NCBI GenBank assembly: GCA_964360665.1
Contig: CAYHXS010000002.1
Location: 1 to 25,147 of the forward strand
Source: an uncultured Candidatus Saccharibacteria bacterium
Lineage (GTDB): Bacteria; Patescibacteriota; Minisyncoccia; UBA6257; 02-FULL-45-10c
DNA: 25,147 nucleotides
Direction: 5' to 3'
The position numbers were made by a program, and so were the translations under genes. Of this stretch, positions 8,855 to 16,659 are shown one piece after another (positions within the stretch are counted from its first letter, which is position 1; every line of letters starts with the position of its first letter). The notes under the pieces were generated by a model. That model had not been told where the DNA came from. It made no database searches and saw only the letters and a list, made by a program, of their open reading frames with translations.

Positions 8855-9910
8855 TCATTTAACAGACATGCGCCTGATGTCGTTAAAAGTAGTAAACGCC
8901 AACAGCAATAAAACTAATCCAATACCGACCATCTGCCAAATCCGCATAAACTTCTTGCTCGGTTTAATGCCGGTCAGCATTTCAAAAATAACCGGGTAAA
9001 TCTGCCCGCCGTCAAAAACCGGAATCGGCAATAAATTAAACAAAAACAGCGAGAGGTTAATTTGAATAATCAGAAAAATCAGTACTTCAAAGCCCTGCCG
9101 CGCCGCTTCACTGGAAATCTGATAAATCATAATCGGTCCGCCGACGGAATCCGCCGACGCCTTTCCTTGAATTGCCTTGCGGATGAAACCGAATAATTGT
9201 TTCAAATCTTCCGATAATCTCCTATAACCTAAATTAGCAGCGGAACGGATACCCTTACGGACAAAATTAAATTTCGGAGAAACACCGATTACGCACTTAC
9301 CCTCTCCGCTCTCATTATCTAATTTCGGAACAACAATAACAGAAATTATTTTTTTATTTCTTTCCAGCAAAAAACGCAGGGGCTTACCATTGCTTTCTTT
9401 TATTTTTAAAACCACTTCTTCCCAAGCATTGATTTCTTGCTCATTAACGTTAATTATTTTATCGCCAATCAATATTTCCGATTGACTTGCCGGCGAATCC
9501 GGAAAAATATACTGCAATTCCGTAGTAGGAACAGCTAATCCTTTTATCCAAAATAATCCGATATACAAAACCAAAGCAAGAAAAAGGTTGGAAAACGGCC
9601 CGGCAAGAAATGTCAGGAGCCTTTTCCATGGCGCTATTGCTTCCATATACCGTTCCGGATAATAGGGTTCATGGAATCGCTTAAATTCCTCCGGCAAATC
9701 TTTCTGTAAGGGCATTACATAACCGCCGAGCGGAAACAGAGAAACGCGGTATTCCGTCTCGCCAAGTTGCGCTGAAAAAATCCTGGGTCCAAATCCGAAA
9801 CAAAACCGGATTACTTTTACGCCAAACAATTTCATTGTCAAAAAATGCCCAAACTCATGGAATCCAACAACTACACCCAAAACAAACAGAAAGGCCAGCG
9901 CGCTGGTCAT
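8855..9910 (-). CDS. rseP: Second RseP-like M50 metalloprotease with a canonical PDZ domain
   Basis: HEFGH, FGFGPR, TEYRVSLFPLGGYV, PDZ DSPASQSEILIGDKI, GGPIMI, NLLPIPVFDGG. Start at MTSALA (9910) with AGAGGT 4 nt upstream. Confidence 0.9.
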   Translation of the reverse strand: MTSALAFLFVLGVVVGFHEFGHFLTMKLFGVKVIRFCFGFGPRIFSAQLGETEYRVSLFPLGGYVMPLQKDLPEEFKRFHEPYYPERYMEAIAPWKRLLTFLAGPFSNLFLALVLYIGLFWIKGLAVPTTELQYIFPDSPASQSEILIGDKIINVNEQEINAWEEVVLKIKESNGKPLRFLLERNKKIISVIVVPKLDNESGEGKCVIGVSPKFNFVRKGIRSAANLGYRRLSEDLKQLFGFIRKAIQGKASADSVGGPIMIYQISSEAARQGFEVLIFLIIQINLSLFLFNLLPIPVFDGGQIYPVIFEMLTGIKPSKKFMRIWQMVGIGLVLLLLAFTTFNDIRRMSVK

Positions 9911-9953
9911 TTCAACCTCTATTAAATTTTCAAGGTTATTCTTATAGTAACAC

Positions 9954-10114
9954 CAAACTCGCCCCGCCTGCATCTCTGACGGCACCAGAGTCCGCTTGCT
10001 CCTGCGGCAAGCGGCTCCTATATCTCGGCGCCAAAAACCTATAAGCTTACGCCACGGTACCCAGCTTTTGGCGCCTCCGAAATTGCCGCGCGAGAAGCAA
10101 GCAGGGCTCGTTTG
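9954..10114. other. Highly structured intergenic element (candidate ncRNA, 5' leader or MITE-like repeat)
   Basis: Closing pair caaac 9954/gtttg 10114; hairpins 9974-9990, 9992-10014 (8 bp) and 10027-10075 (10-bp ggcgccaaaa/ttttggcgcc). No known RNA motif recognised. Confidence 0.55.
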
Positions 10115-10140
10115 ACCTTTTAACAAAAATCCCGTATTAT
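10112..10140 (+). promoter_or_regulatory. Sigma70-type promoter for the orphan ORF, overlapping a divergent TATAAT
   Basis: TTGACC (10112-17)-N17-TATTAT (10135-40); minus-strand TATAAT at 10141-10136. Confidence 0.6.
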
Positions 10141-10178
10141 ATTAACGCTCAACATTGTTCACGGAAAAAGGAGGAAGC

Positions 10179-10508
10179 GTGCAAGAAAAACAGGTAACGA
10201 AAAAGAGCATTCCCGCGTGGCTGGAAGGATTGCCAAAGTCGTGGGACAGCAACATATCCGTACTTTACAAAAACGGCAAAAGCAGCCTGCAAACCAAAGA
10301 GTGCCCCAGCGGCTTCATTTATATAGATCTGGAACGCAATCAAATCCAGCTCCATCGCACATCCAAGTCCCCTAGAAAAGAAGCTGAGTACTTCATTCAT
10401 GAAATAGGCCTCATAAACATGAAGGGAATTGTCTACATCTGCGTCAAAGACTGTCAAACGGGAAAAACAAACTATTTCATGCCAAAGAAAACTGCCCGCC
10501 GCGTTTAA
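10179..10508 (+). CDS. Orphan hypothetical protein (~109 aa, basic, soluble)
   Basis: GTG start with AAGGAGG 4 nt upstream, its own promoter and a downstream hairpin; no family recognised. Confidence 0.65.
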   Translation: MQEKQVTKKSIPAWLEGLPKSWDSNISVLYKNGKSSLQTKECPSGFIYIDLERNQIQLHRTSKSPRKEAEYFIHEIGLINMKGIVYICVKDCQTGKTNYFMPKKTARRV

Positions 10509-10513
10509 TTTAC

Positions 10514-10547
10514 AAAAGCCCCTCCGACGTTACGTCAGAGGGGCTTT
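10514..10547. terminator. Terminator hairpin between convergent orphan ORF and frr (probably bidirectional)
   Basis: aaagcccctc-c-gacg-tta-cgtc-a-gaggggcttt; fully paired (one G-U) on the minus strand; T-runs on both strands. Confidence 0.8.
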
Positions 10548-10561
10548 CTCAATTCAAATAT

Positions 10562-11104
10562 CTATTCAAAAATTTCTTTCAATTTATTGTCCAAAAGCTG
10601 TTCTATTTCTTTATTTATTTTATCCACTAATTTCTGAACTTCTTCTTTTTGTTTAAAAGCCGCGTCTTCGGAAAGTTTTTTATCTTCTTCCATTTTTTTG
10701 ATTTCTTTATTGGCTTCATCACGCGCGCCCCGGATTCTTATACGCGTTTCCTCGGTCATCTTTCTTATCAATTTTTCAAATTCTTTTTTCCGCTCATCAG
10801 TCAAAGACGGCAGATTAATCCTGATTAAATTACCGTCCGTATTGGCAGTCACCTTCAACGCCACCTCAATGGCCTTGGCAACCGTATTTACAGCAGCCTT
10901 ATCCCACAAACTTATACTAATTTCTCTTGGCGGCGCCACTGAAATGGAACCGAGCGCCTTTACCGGCATTTGCTGGCCATAAACTTCAACTTTAATGTCT
11001 TCCACCATGCGCGGAGACGGCCTGCCGCTCCGGATAGTCTGAAACTCGTTTTTTAAATTATCCGTTCCGGATTTTAATTTTTGCTCTAAAACTTTTATAT
11101 CCAT
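10562..11104 (-). CDS. frr: Ribosome recycling factor
   Basis: IRSGRPSP, VEVYG, NLPSLTDERKKE, RIRIRGARDEAN. Confidence 0.96.
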   Translation of the reverse strand: MDIKVLEQKLKSGTDNLKNEFQTIRSGRPSPRMVEDIKVEVYGQQMPVKALGSISVAPPREISISLWDKAAVNTVAKAIEVALKVTANTDGNLIRINLPSLTDERKKEFEKLIRKMTEETRIRIRGARDEANKEIKKMEEDKKLSEDAAFKQKEEVQKLVDKINKEIEQLLDNKLKEIFE

Positions 11105-11105
11105 T

Positions 11106-11192
11106 TTATTTATAAAGGCAAATTTGCGGCAAAAAATAAAGAAATATGCCGCTAAAAATAACTAATACGGCTAAAAAGAAAGCTTTGTCCAT
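11106..11192 (-). CDS. Candidate 28-aa single-TM small protein (MDKAFFLAVLVIFSGIFLYFLPQICLYK)
   Basis: Hand-translated ORF that fills the holB-frr gap (10 nt after the holB stop, 1 nt before the frr ATG); below the ORF-track cutoff. Confidence 0.4.
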   Translation of the reverse strand: MDKAFFLAVLVIFSGIFLYFLPQICLYK

Positions 11193-11202
11193 GGATTTTA
11201 TT

Positions 11203-11994
11203 TTAATTAATTGCTTCCAATTGTATCCTCTTATTCACATTATAACTTTTTATCAGAAAAAATCTATTTAAAACCGATTTCAGCGTTTTCCAGTTTTTCA
11301 ATTTATCTTTTTGCAGATTCAATATCAATGATTCAAAAAATAAATCCAATAATATCGGGACTTCTTTCTGCTCTTCAACCAATTCTTTAATTAATTTTGA
11401 CTTCGCGGAACCGCTCAAATGCAGGAATTCCCGCGCTTTTTTCTCCGCTTCCCGGGTCAAATTATCATTCAGCAAACGGAAAGCGCGCCCGGGCCGGCCA
11501 AAAGCCGAATCAATGATTTTTTTGTCTTTTGTCACGCTCAACATTTCACTATCCGATAATCTGCCGAAATAAATTTTCTGCAAACGGGATAACAGCGGTG
11601 GAAACAAATTTTCCGGCTGGCTGGCAATTAATATTAAAACCGAATGCTCCGGCGGTTCTTCGGTAATTTTCAAAATCGCGTTTTGCGCCTGCGGCGTTAA
11701 ATTTTCGGCATTATTTATTACAACAACCCTTTTTGGGGAAACAGCCGGCTTTTGCCATAAAAAATGTTTTATTTCCCGCATCGCGTCAATGCCGGATGCG
11801 TCTTTCAAAATCAAAGAATCCTGAAGCGGGCGGGAAGCTGGTTCAAATTCTCCACTTTCCAAAAGATTCGCCAGATGCCCCGCGAAATAAAATTTCCCGA
11901 CTTCCGGCTCGCCGAAAAAAATATAGCCGTGAGCCAGCCGGTTGTTTTTAACCAGATTCTTAAAATCCCTCACCAAATCCTGATGGCCGATCAT
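11203..11994 (-). CDS. holB: DNA polymerase III delta' subunit
   Basis: MIGHQ start, HGYIFFGEPEVGK, IDAMREI, KRVVVINNAENLTPQAQNAILKITEEPP; C4 zinc motif absent. Confidence 0.9.
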   Translation of the reverse strand: MIGHQDLVRDFKNLVKNNRLAHGYIFFGEPEVGKFYFAGHLANLLESGEFEPASRPLQDSLILKDASGIDAMREIKHFLWQKPAVSPKRVVVINNAENLTPQAQNAILKITEEPPEHSVLILIASQPENLFPPLLSRLQKIYFGRLSDSEMLSVTKDKKIIDSAFGRPGRAFRLLNDNLTREAEKKAREFLHLSGSAKSKLIKELVEEQKEVPILLDLFFESLILNLQKDKLKNWKTLKSVLNRFFLIKSYNVNKRIQLEAIN

Positions 11995-12998
11995 CTTTTA
12001 TTCAACAAAGTCCTCTTATAAACATCCAGATGGTCCAAAATAATGCCCGCGCCTTTAGCAACGCAGAAAAGCGGCTCTTCGGCGATATAAGTCTCAACGC
12101 CGGTCATTTGTTTGAAAAAATCATCTATATAACGAAGTTGGGCGCCGCCTCCGGAAACAATAATCCCCTTTTCCATTATATCCGCCACCAATTCCGGCGG
12201 AGTTTCATTAAACACATTCCGCACCGAAGAAGCAATGTCAATCAAATGCTGATTCAGCGCTTCGGCGACTTCGTGGGAATTAACAGTAATATCTTTCGGC
12301 AATCCGGTAATCATATCCCGCCCGCGAATCTGCATTTCCAGCCGCTCCTTTGACGGCAAAGCAGAACCAATTTCAATTTTAACCATTTCCGCGGTTTGTT
12401 CGCCGATGTGAAGCGCGTATTTCTTTTTTATATAATCAATAATCGCCTGGTCAAACTTATTTCCCGCCACCCGCAAACTGGACCAGGAAACTATTCCGCC
12501 CAAAGAAATAACCGCCACCTCGGAAGTGCCCCCGCCGACATTGATAACCATGTTTCCGGAATGTGAATTAATGGGTATGCCGGCGCCAAGCGCCGCAAGC
12601 AGCGGCTCCTTTACTATGTATGCCTCTCCGGCTCCGGCTTCTTTAGCCGCGTTAATAATCGCCCGACGTTCAGTCGGCGTAATGCCGGCCGGCGCGGAAA
12701 TAACCACATCCGGACGCACCAAATTAAACGCACCAGTGGCTTTGGCAATAAAATATTTCAGCATGGCCTTGGTGATGTAATAATCGGCAATCACACCGTC
12801 CTTCAGCGGCCGGTAAGCCGCGATATCTCCCGGCGTCCGCCCAACCATGTCTTTTGCTTCCCTGCCAACCGCCAAAACCGTATTATCGCTTAAACTAAGC
12901 GCCACAATCGTGGGTTCATTAATAATGAATCCTTTGCCGGGAACAAAAACAATCGTATTCGCTGTCCCCAAATCTATTCCGATTTTTCTGGTAAACAT
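11991..12998 (-). CDS. mreB: MreB/Mbl paralog (copy 2)
   Basis: GIDLGTAN, EPLLAALGA, NVGGGTSE, SGGGAQL. Start at MFTRKIG (12998); TGA stop overlaps the holB ATG. Confidence 0.94.
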   Translation of the reverse strand: MFTRKIGIDLGTANTIVFVPGKGFIINEPTIVALSLSDNTVLAVGREAKDMVGRTPGDIAAYRPLKDGVIADYYITKAMLKYFIAKATGAFNLVRPDVVISAPAGITPTERRAIINAAKEAGAGEAYIVKEPLLAALGAGIPINSHSGNMVINVGGGTSEVAVISLGGIVSWSSLRVAGNKFDQAIIDYIKKKYALHIGEQTAEMVKIEIGSALPSKERLEMQIRGRDMITGLPKDITVNSHEVAEALNQHLIDIASSVRNVFNETPPELVADIMEKGIIVSGGGAQLRYIDDFFKQMTGVETYIAEEPLFCVAKGAGIILDHLDVYKRTLLNKR

Positions 12999-13026
12999 GT
13001 GAAAAATTAATTTATTAATTTTGAGC

Positions 13027-13097
13027 ATCCCGTTGCCTGATTTTATCAGGCCATCGGGATTACATTATTATATTGTAACCCCGATGACTATCGGGGT
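13027..13097. repeat. Two related CCCG...CGGG hairpins in the murA-mreB spacer flanking a TATAAT
   Basis: accccgat-gact-atcggggt (13078-13097); atcccg..cctgat/atcagg..cgggat (13027-13060); minus-strand TATAAT at 13072-13067. Confidence 0.6.
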
Positions 13098-13107
13098 AAA
13101 ACGTTTG

Positions 13108-14367
13108 CTATGGCAAACGTTTTATTTCAGCTCCCAATTCCCGCAACCGGCCGTCCAAATTTTCATATCCCCGGTCAATTTGTTCAATGCCCCCCAGCTC
13201 CGTCTGCCCTTCCGCCACCAAAGCCGCGATAACCAAAGTCGCTCCGGCCCGCAAATCCAGGCTTTCAATTTTCGCTCCGTGCAAAACCACGGGACCTGTT
13301 ATGAGAGCGCGGTGCGGGTCCAAAATAACGGCATCCGCTCCCATTTTTTTGAACTCATCAATGTATTTTAATCTACCTTCATATAAAGTGTCAAAAATGA
13401 GCGAGGCGCCGCGCGCCTGGGTAGCCAGCACCCCGAAGGGCGCCTGCAAATCAGTCGGCAGGCCCGGATACGGCATAGTCTGAATTTTTACGGAACGCAG
13501 AACCGATTTCGGCCCGTCAATTTTCAAAACCTTATTTTCCAACCGGAAAACCGCGCCGAATTCTTTCAATTTCTGGAGCGGAAATTCCAGATGGCTTTCT
13601 TCAACACCATGGATATTTATTTTGCTTTTAGTCGCCACGCCCAAAATCGCCAGAGTTATCGCTTCAATGGGATCGGAAATAATCGCGTGTTCAACCGCCT
13701 TTCCAGTTTTTTCAGTTGAACCGATTTTAAATGAATGGGATGATATCTGTTCAATGCCCGCTCCAATTTTCCGCAAAAAATCAATCAAATCAAAAACATG
13801 GGGTTCAAGCGCCGCTAATTTAATTACAAACGGATGCGAAAATCCGAGCATGAGCAAATTTTCCGTGGCAGTCACGCTAAACTCCCGCAAACACACCGAG
13901 TCCGATTTTAACCTGTCCAAACTTATATCGTAAACGCCCGTACCCTCATCCAATTCCACTTTCGCGCCTAAATCACGCAAAGCGTCCAAATGGGTGTCAA
14001 TCGGCCGAACGCCAATTTTACAACCGCCCGGCGTCACAAATTTCATCCTGCCGAATCTCGCCAGCATTGGTCCGATTAAAAGAATTGACGAGCGAATCTG
14101 GCATACCAGCTCTTGATTCAAATTTTCAGGGTTCAAATCGTCATTGCGGATTTCAACGCTATTTTCCGAAAGCCACTTCTGTTTTGAACCCAAACTTTTC
14201 AGAATTTCCAGCATTTTCAGCACATCGCCGACTTTCGGAATATTGCGTAAAACGCACAGCTCTTTTGTCAGCAGTGTGGCGGCGATAATCGGCGTAGCCG
14301 AATTCTTAAATCCTTTGACAAAAATATCTCCTTTTAAAGTTTTGCCTCCGTTGATAATAAACTTCAC
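13108..14367 (-). CDS. murA: UDP-N-acetylglucosamine 1-carboxyvinyltransferase
   Basis: KNS, IRSSILLIGPMLARFG, active-site PGGCKIGVRPIDTH (Cys retained), PYPGLPTDLQ, DLRAGA, IDRGYE. Confidence 0.96.
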   Translation of the reverse strand: MKFIINGGKTLKGDIFVKGFKNSATPIIAATLLTKELCVLRNIPKVGDVLKMLEILKSLGSKQKWLSENSVEIRNDDLNPENLNQELVCQIRSSILLIGPMLARFGRMKFVTPGGCKIGVRPIDTHLDALRDLGAKVELDEGTGVYDISLDRLKSDSVCLREFSVTATENLLMLGFSHPFVIKLAALEPHVFDLIDFLRKIGAGIEQISSHSFKIGSTEKTGKAVEHAIISDPIEAITLAILGVATKSKINIHGVEESHLEFPLQKLKEFGAVFRLENKVLKIDGPKSVLRSVKIQTMPYPGLPTDLQAPFGVLATQARGASLIFDTLYEGRLKYIDEFKKMGADAVILDPHRALITGPVVLHGAKIESLDLRAGATLVIAALVAEGQTELGGIEQIDRGYENLDGRLRELGAEIKRLP

Positions 14368-14383
14368 ATCATTATAATATAAT
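14351..14383 (+). promoter_or_regulatory. Sigma70-type promoter in the 28-bp divergent murA/14396 spacer
   Basis: TTGATA (14351-56)-N16-TATAAT (14373-78); second TATAAT at 14378-83. Confidence 0.5.
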
Positions 14384-14395
14384 TGAATCTAAGTT

Positions 14396-15757
14396 ATGAC
14401 AATAAAAATCAGAAGGGTCCTATTTTACGGTCTTACTCTCACTTTCTTTGTCGTTGGCGCGGCAACAGTTTTTTATTCCAATGGCTGGCGGTTTGACTGG
14501 GAAACTTTTGCCATCAGCAAGCTAGGTGCCATTTATTTTAAAAACCTGCCTCCGGATTCCAGCGTGACAATAGAAAAAACCAATATCAAATTTGAACCGG
14601 GCATACTAAAATCCGGGCTTTATGTGGCGAACCTTTTTCCAAAAAATTATCCGGCCAAAGTCGTTAAAAACGGCTATCAGGTCTGGTTCAAAGAAATCTC
14701 CGTCAAACCGTCTTTGGTAACTGAAATTCCCCAAATTGTTTTGGTGCCGGAAAAATTAATCTTTGAAAAACCAATAGCCGAAAAAATCGCGGATTTCTGG
14801 CTAGGGCCGGAACATTTTGTTTTGCTTAATCAGGACGGCAACCTTTTGTTTAATGGCAAAAAAATCGCCGGCCAAGAAATTTTATCCTGGTCTGCTGATG
14901 GAAAATCCGCTCTCACCAAAGGCGGTAATAATTATTTTGCCGTTGACCTGAATAATCTTTCCAAAAGCGCCCTGGCCGGGCAGGCCGTCAATCTGAGCCT
15001 GACGTTCAATAATCTCAGAAAAAATCTGGGCAAAAAAGATTCCTCCGCTATCCAGACAATCCATTTTTACCCGGAAAATAACAACAAATTCCTGGTAAAA
15101 ACCGCCAATGACATTTATTCATTAGACCACAAAAAAATGAGTCTGACGCCTCTTCACCTGGATGAAATCGGATATTTCACTGAAAGAGACGGGGAAATGA
15201 TTTTCTCGCGCGGAATTAAAGCTTACGTTTACAATCTTAATTCCGGCTCGCCTGAACCGCTGGCGCTGGCAAAAGAAAACAATTCCAAAATAATAAACAT
15301 CGGGGTTTCACCCTCCGACAGATACCTGTCTTTTTTGAGCGAAGACGGGACGCTGCAGATTTTTGATGAAGACGCGCAAAGCGCGAAAATCATTGCCAGA
15401 AACGCAAAATCATCCGCCTTTTCCCCCGACTCCAAAAAAATAGCTTTTCTCAGCGGCAACAAGGAAATAGTGATTTACAATTTGACAGCCGATGAACAAG
15501 AACTGAAAAACAAACGCCAAAAACAAACCATCATACTCAATATCGGCGCTACTGAAAATACCTTGTTCAACTGGCATAAAGACTCCCATTACCTGTTTGT
15601 AAAATATCCGGATGCGCTTTATCTCCTGGAAGGAGACGCTTTTCCTCCTATCAATTTCCAGCTTATTGATTCTTCAAATCAAAAATACGCCTATCATCCG
15701 GAAACAGAAGTTTTATATCTGCTTAAAAACAACTCTCTCTACTCAATTATTTTTTAA
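14396..15757 (+). CDS. Membrane-anchored protein with PEGA-like domain and TolB/WD40-like beta-propeller
   Basis: N-terminal TM helix; YPAKVVKNGYQVWFKEISV (PEGA-like); repeated blade motifs WSADGK, VSPSDRYLSF, FSPDSKKIAF, WHKDSHYL. Confidence 0.7.
   Translation: MTIKIRRVLFYGLTLTFFVVGAATVFYSNGWRFDWETFAISKLGAIYFKNLPPDSSVTIEKTNIKFEPGILKSGLYVANLFPKNYPAKVVKNGYQVWFKEISVKPSLVTEIPQIVLVPEKLIFEKPIAEKIADFWLGPEHFVLLNQDGNLLFNGKKIAGQEILSWSADGKSALTKGGNNYFAVDLNNLSKSALAGQAVNLSLTFNNLRKNLGKKDSSAIQTIHFYPENNNKFLVKTANDIYSLDHKKMSLTPLHLDEIGYFTERDGEMIFSRGIKAYVYNLNSGSPEPLALAKENNSKIINIGVSPSDRYLSFLSEDGTLQIFDEDAQSAKIIARNAKSSAFSPDSKKIAFLSGNKEIVIYNLTADEQELKNKRQKQTIILNIGATENTLFNWHKDSHYLFVKYPDALYLLEGDAFPPINFQLIDSSNQKYAYHPETEVLYLLKNNSLYSIIF
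14969..14987. repeat. gccctggccgggcaggccg, identical to the alaS insert unit; in frame (ALAGQA)
   Basis: 19/19 identity with 24544-24562. Confidence 0.85.
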
Positions 15758-16187
15758 CGGACCTCAGCCAAATAATTCCGGCAACCAATCCGCCAAACAA
15801 ATCAAAAAATAGGTCTGATAAAGTATCGTCTAATGTCAAACTAAAAATCGGAAATCCGGACAATCGGAAAAAATAATATACCGTCAAATATTCATAAAAC
15901 TCCCAGAATAACCCTATTAAACCCGCGAAAGACACGATAAACAACAAAAAGACCGGTCCTTCGGGAATACTCAGGACCTTCGGCTTATTTTCTTTCCAGG
16001 ACGGCAATTCTAATTTTCTCTGAAAAAAAATAAGGAAGATTGACGCCACCAATACTCCTCCGAGGAAATGCATTAACATATCAGACCAGAACAATCCCTG
16101 AAACCAGGCAAATCGGCTGTATAAAATCTGGCCCAATAACAAAATAACGGCGACAACAAAAATAAATTTTCTGTCGGATATAAACAT
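15747..16187 (-). CDS. Small integral membrane protein (DUF2238/VanZ-like, tentative)
   Basis: Four hydrophobic segments; DMLMHFLGG, FWEFYEY and DTLSDL motifs. Confidence 0.7.
   Translation of the reverse strand: MFISDRKFIFVVAVILLLGQILYSRFAWFQGLFWSDMLMHFLGGVLVASIFLIFFQRKLELPSWKENKPKVLSIPEGPVFLLFIVSFAGLIGLFWEFYEYLTVYYFFRLSGFPIFSLTLDDTLSDLFFDLFGGLVAGIIWLRSVKK
15955..15978. repeat. In-frame palindromic element (VLSIPEG) in the membrane-protein gene
   Basis: Minus strand ggtcct-gagtattcccga-aggacc, preceded by a second ccgaagg. Confidence 0.55.
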
Positions 16188-16202
16188 TAAAATAGTTTCT
16201 CT

Positions 16203-16652
16203 CTACCGCTTCGCCCACTGCGGAGCCCTCCGCGCTTTTTTCAAGCCGTATTTTTTACGCTCCACCATCCGGGAATCCCTGGTTAAAAAACCCGCCTTCC
16301 TAAGCCCTTTTCTAAGTTCAGCGTTGAACAAAACCAAAGTTCTGGCAATGCCGTTAGCCAATGCCGTAGCCTGACCATGGATGCCGCCGCCACTTATTTT
16401 GGCGGTAATGCCGACTTTTCCTTCCAAATTCGCAACTTCAAACGGCTTCATTATTTCGCGCTGCAAATTTTTATTCTGAAAATAATTTTTAAAATCTTTG
16501 CCGTTCACGATTACGCCGTTGTTCTGATTCGCAAAAAGGCGGACTCTTGCCAAAGCGGTTTTCCTGCCACCGGTGGATTCAAAATACCTGTCCACTTTGA
16601 CTGGTTTTTTATCTTTTTTTATTGTTTCTTTTTTGAGTTCTTTTTTAATCAT
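16203..16652 (-). CDS. rpsI: 30S ribosomal protein S9
   Basis: GGRKTALARV, GGGIHGQA, LTRDSRMVERKKYGLKKARRAPQWAKR. Confidence 0.98.
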   Translation of the reverse strand: MIKKELKKETIKKDKKPVKVDRYFESTGGRKTALARVRLFANQNNGVIVNGKDFKNYFQNKNLQREIMKPFEVANLEGKVGITAKISGGGIHGQATALANGIARTLVLFNAELRKGLRKAGFLTRDSRMVERKKYGLKKARRAPQWAKR

Positions 16653-16659
16653 AATTTAA

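Noticed and set aside
9954-10114. T-box (for proS), SRP, 6S or riboswitch identity
   Set aside because: GGGTACCG only partly resembles the T-box and the element is two genes and a terminator away from proS; SRP, 6S and riboswitch signatures not seen.
9911-10126. 72-aa N-terminal extension of rseP2 in the ORF track
   Set aside because: Crosses the structured element; M50 homology and the SD begin at 9910.
10149-10457. 102-aa minus-strand ORF
   Set aside because: Antisense shadow of the plus-strand ORF that has the promoter, SD and terminator.
11203-11994. HolB lacking the C4 zinc module
   Set aside because: Real, but a minor known type of variation in clamp-loader subunits.
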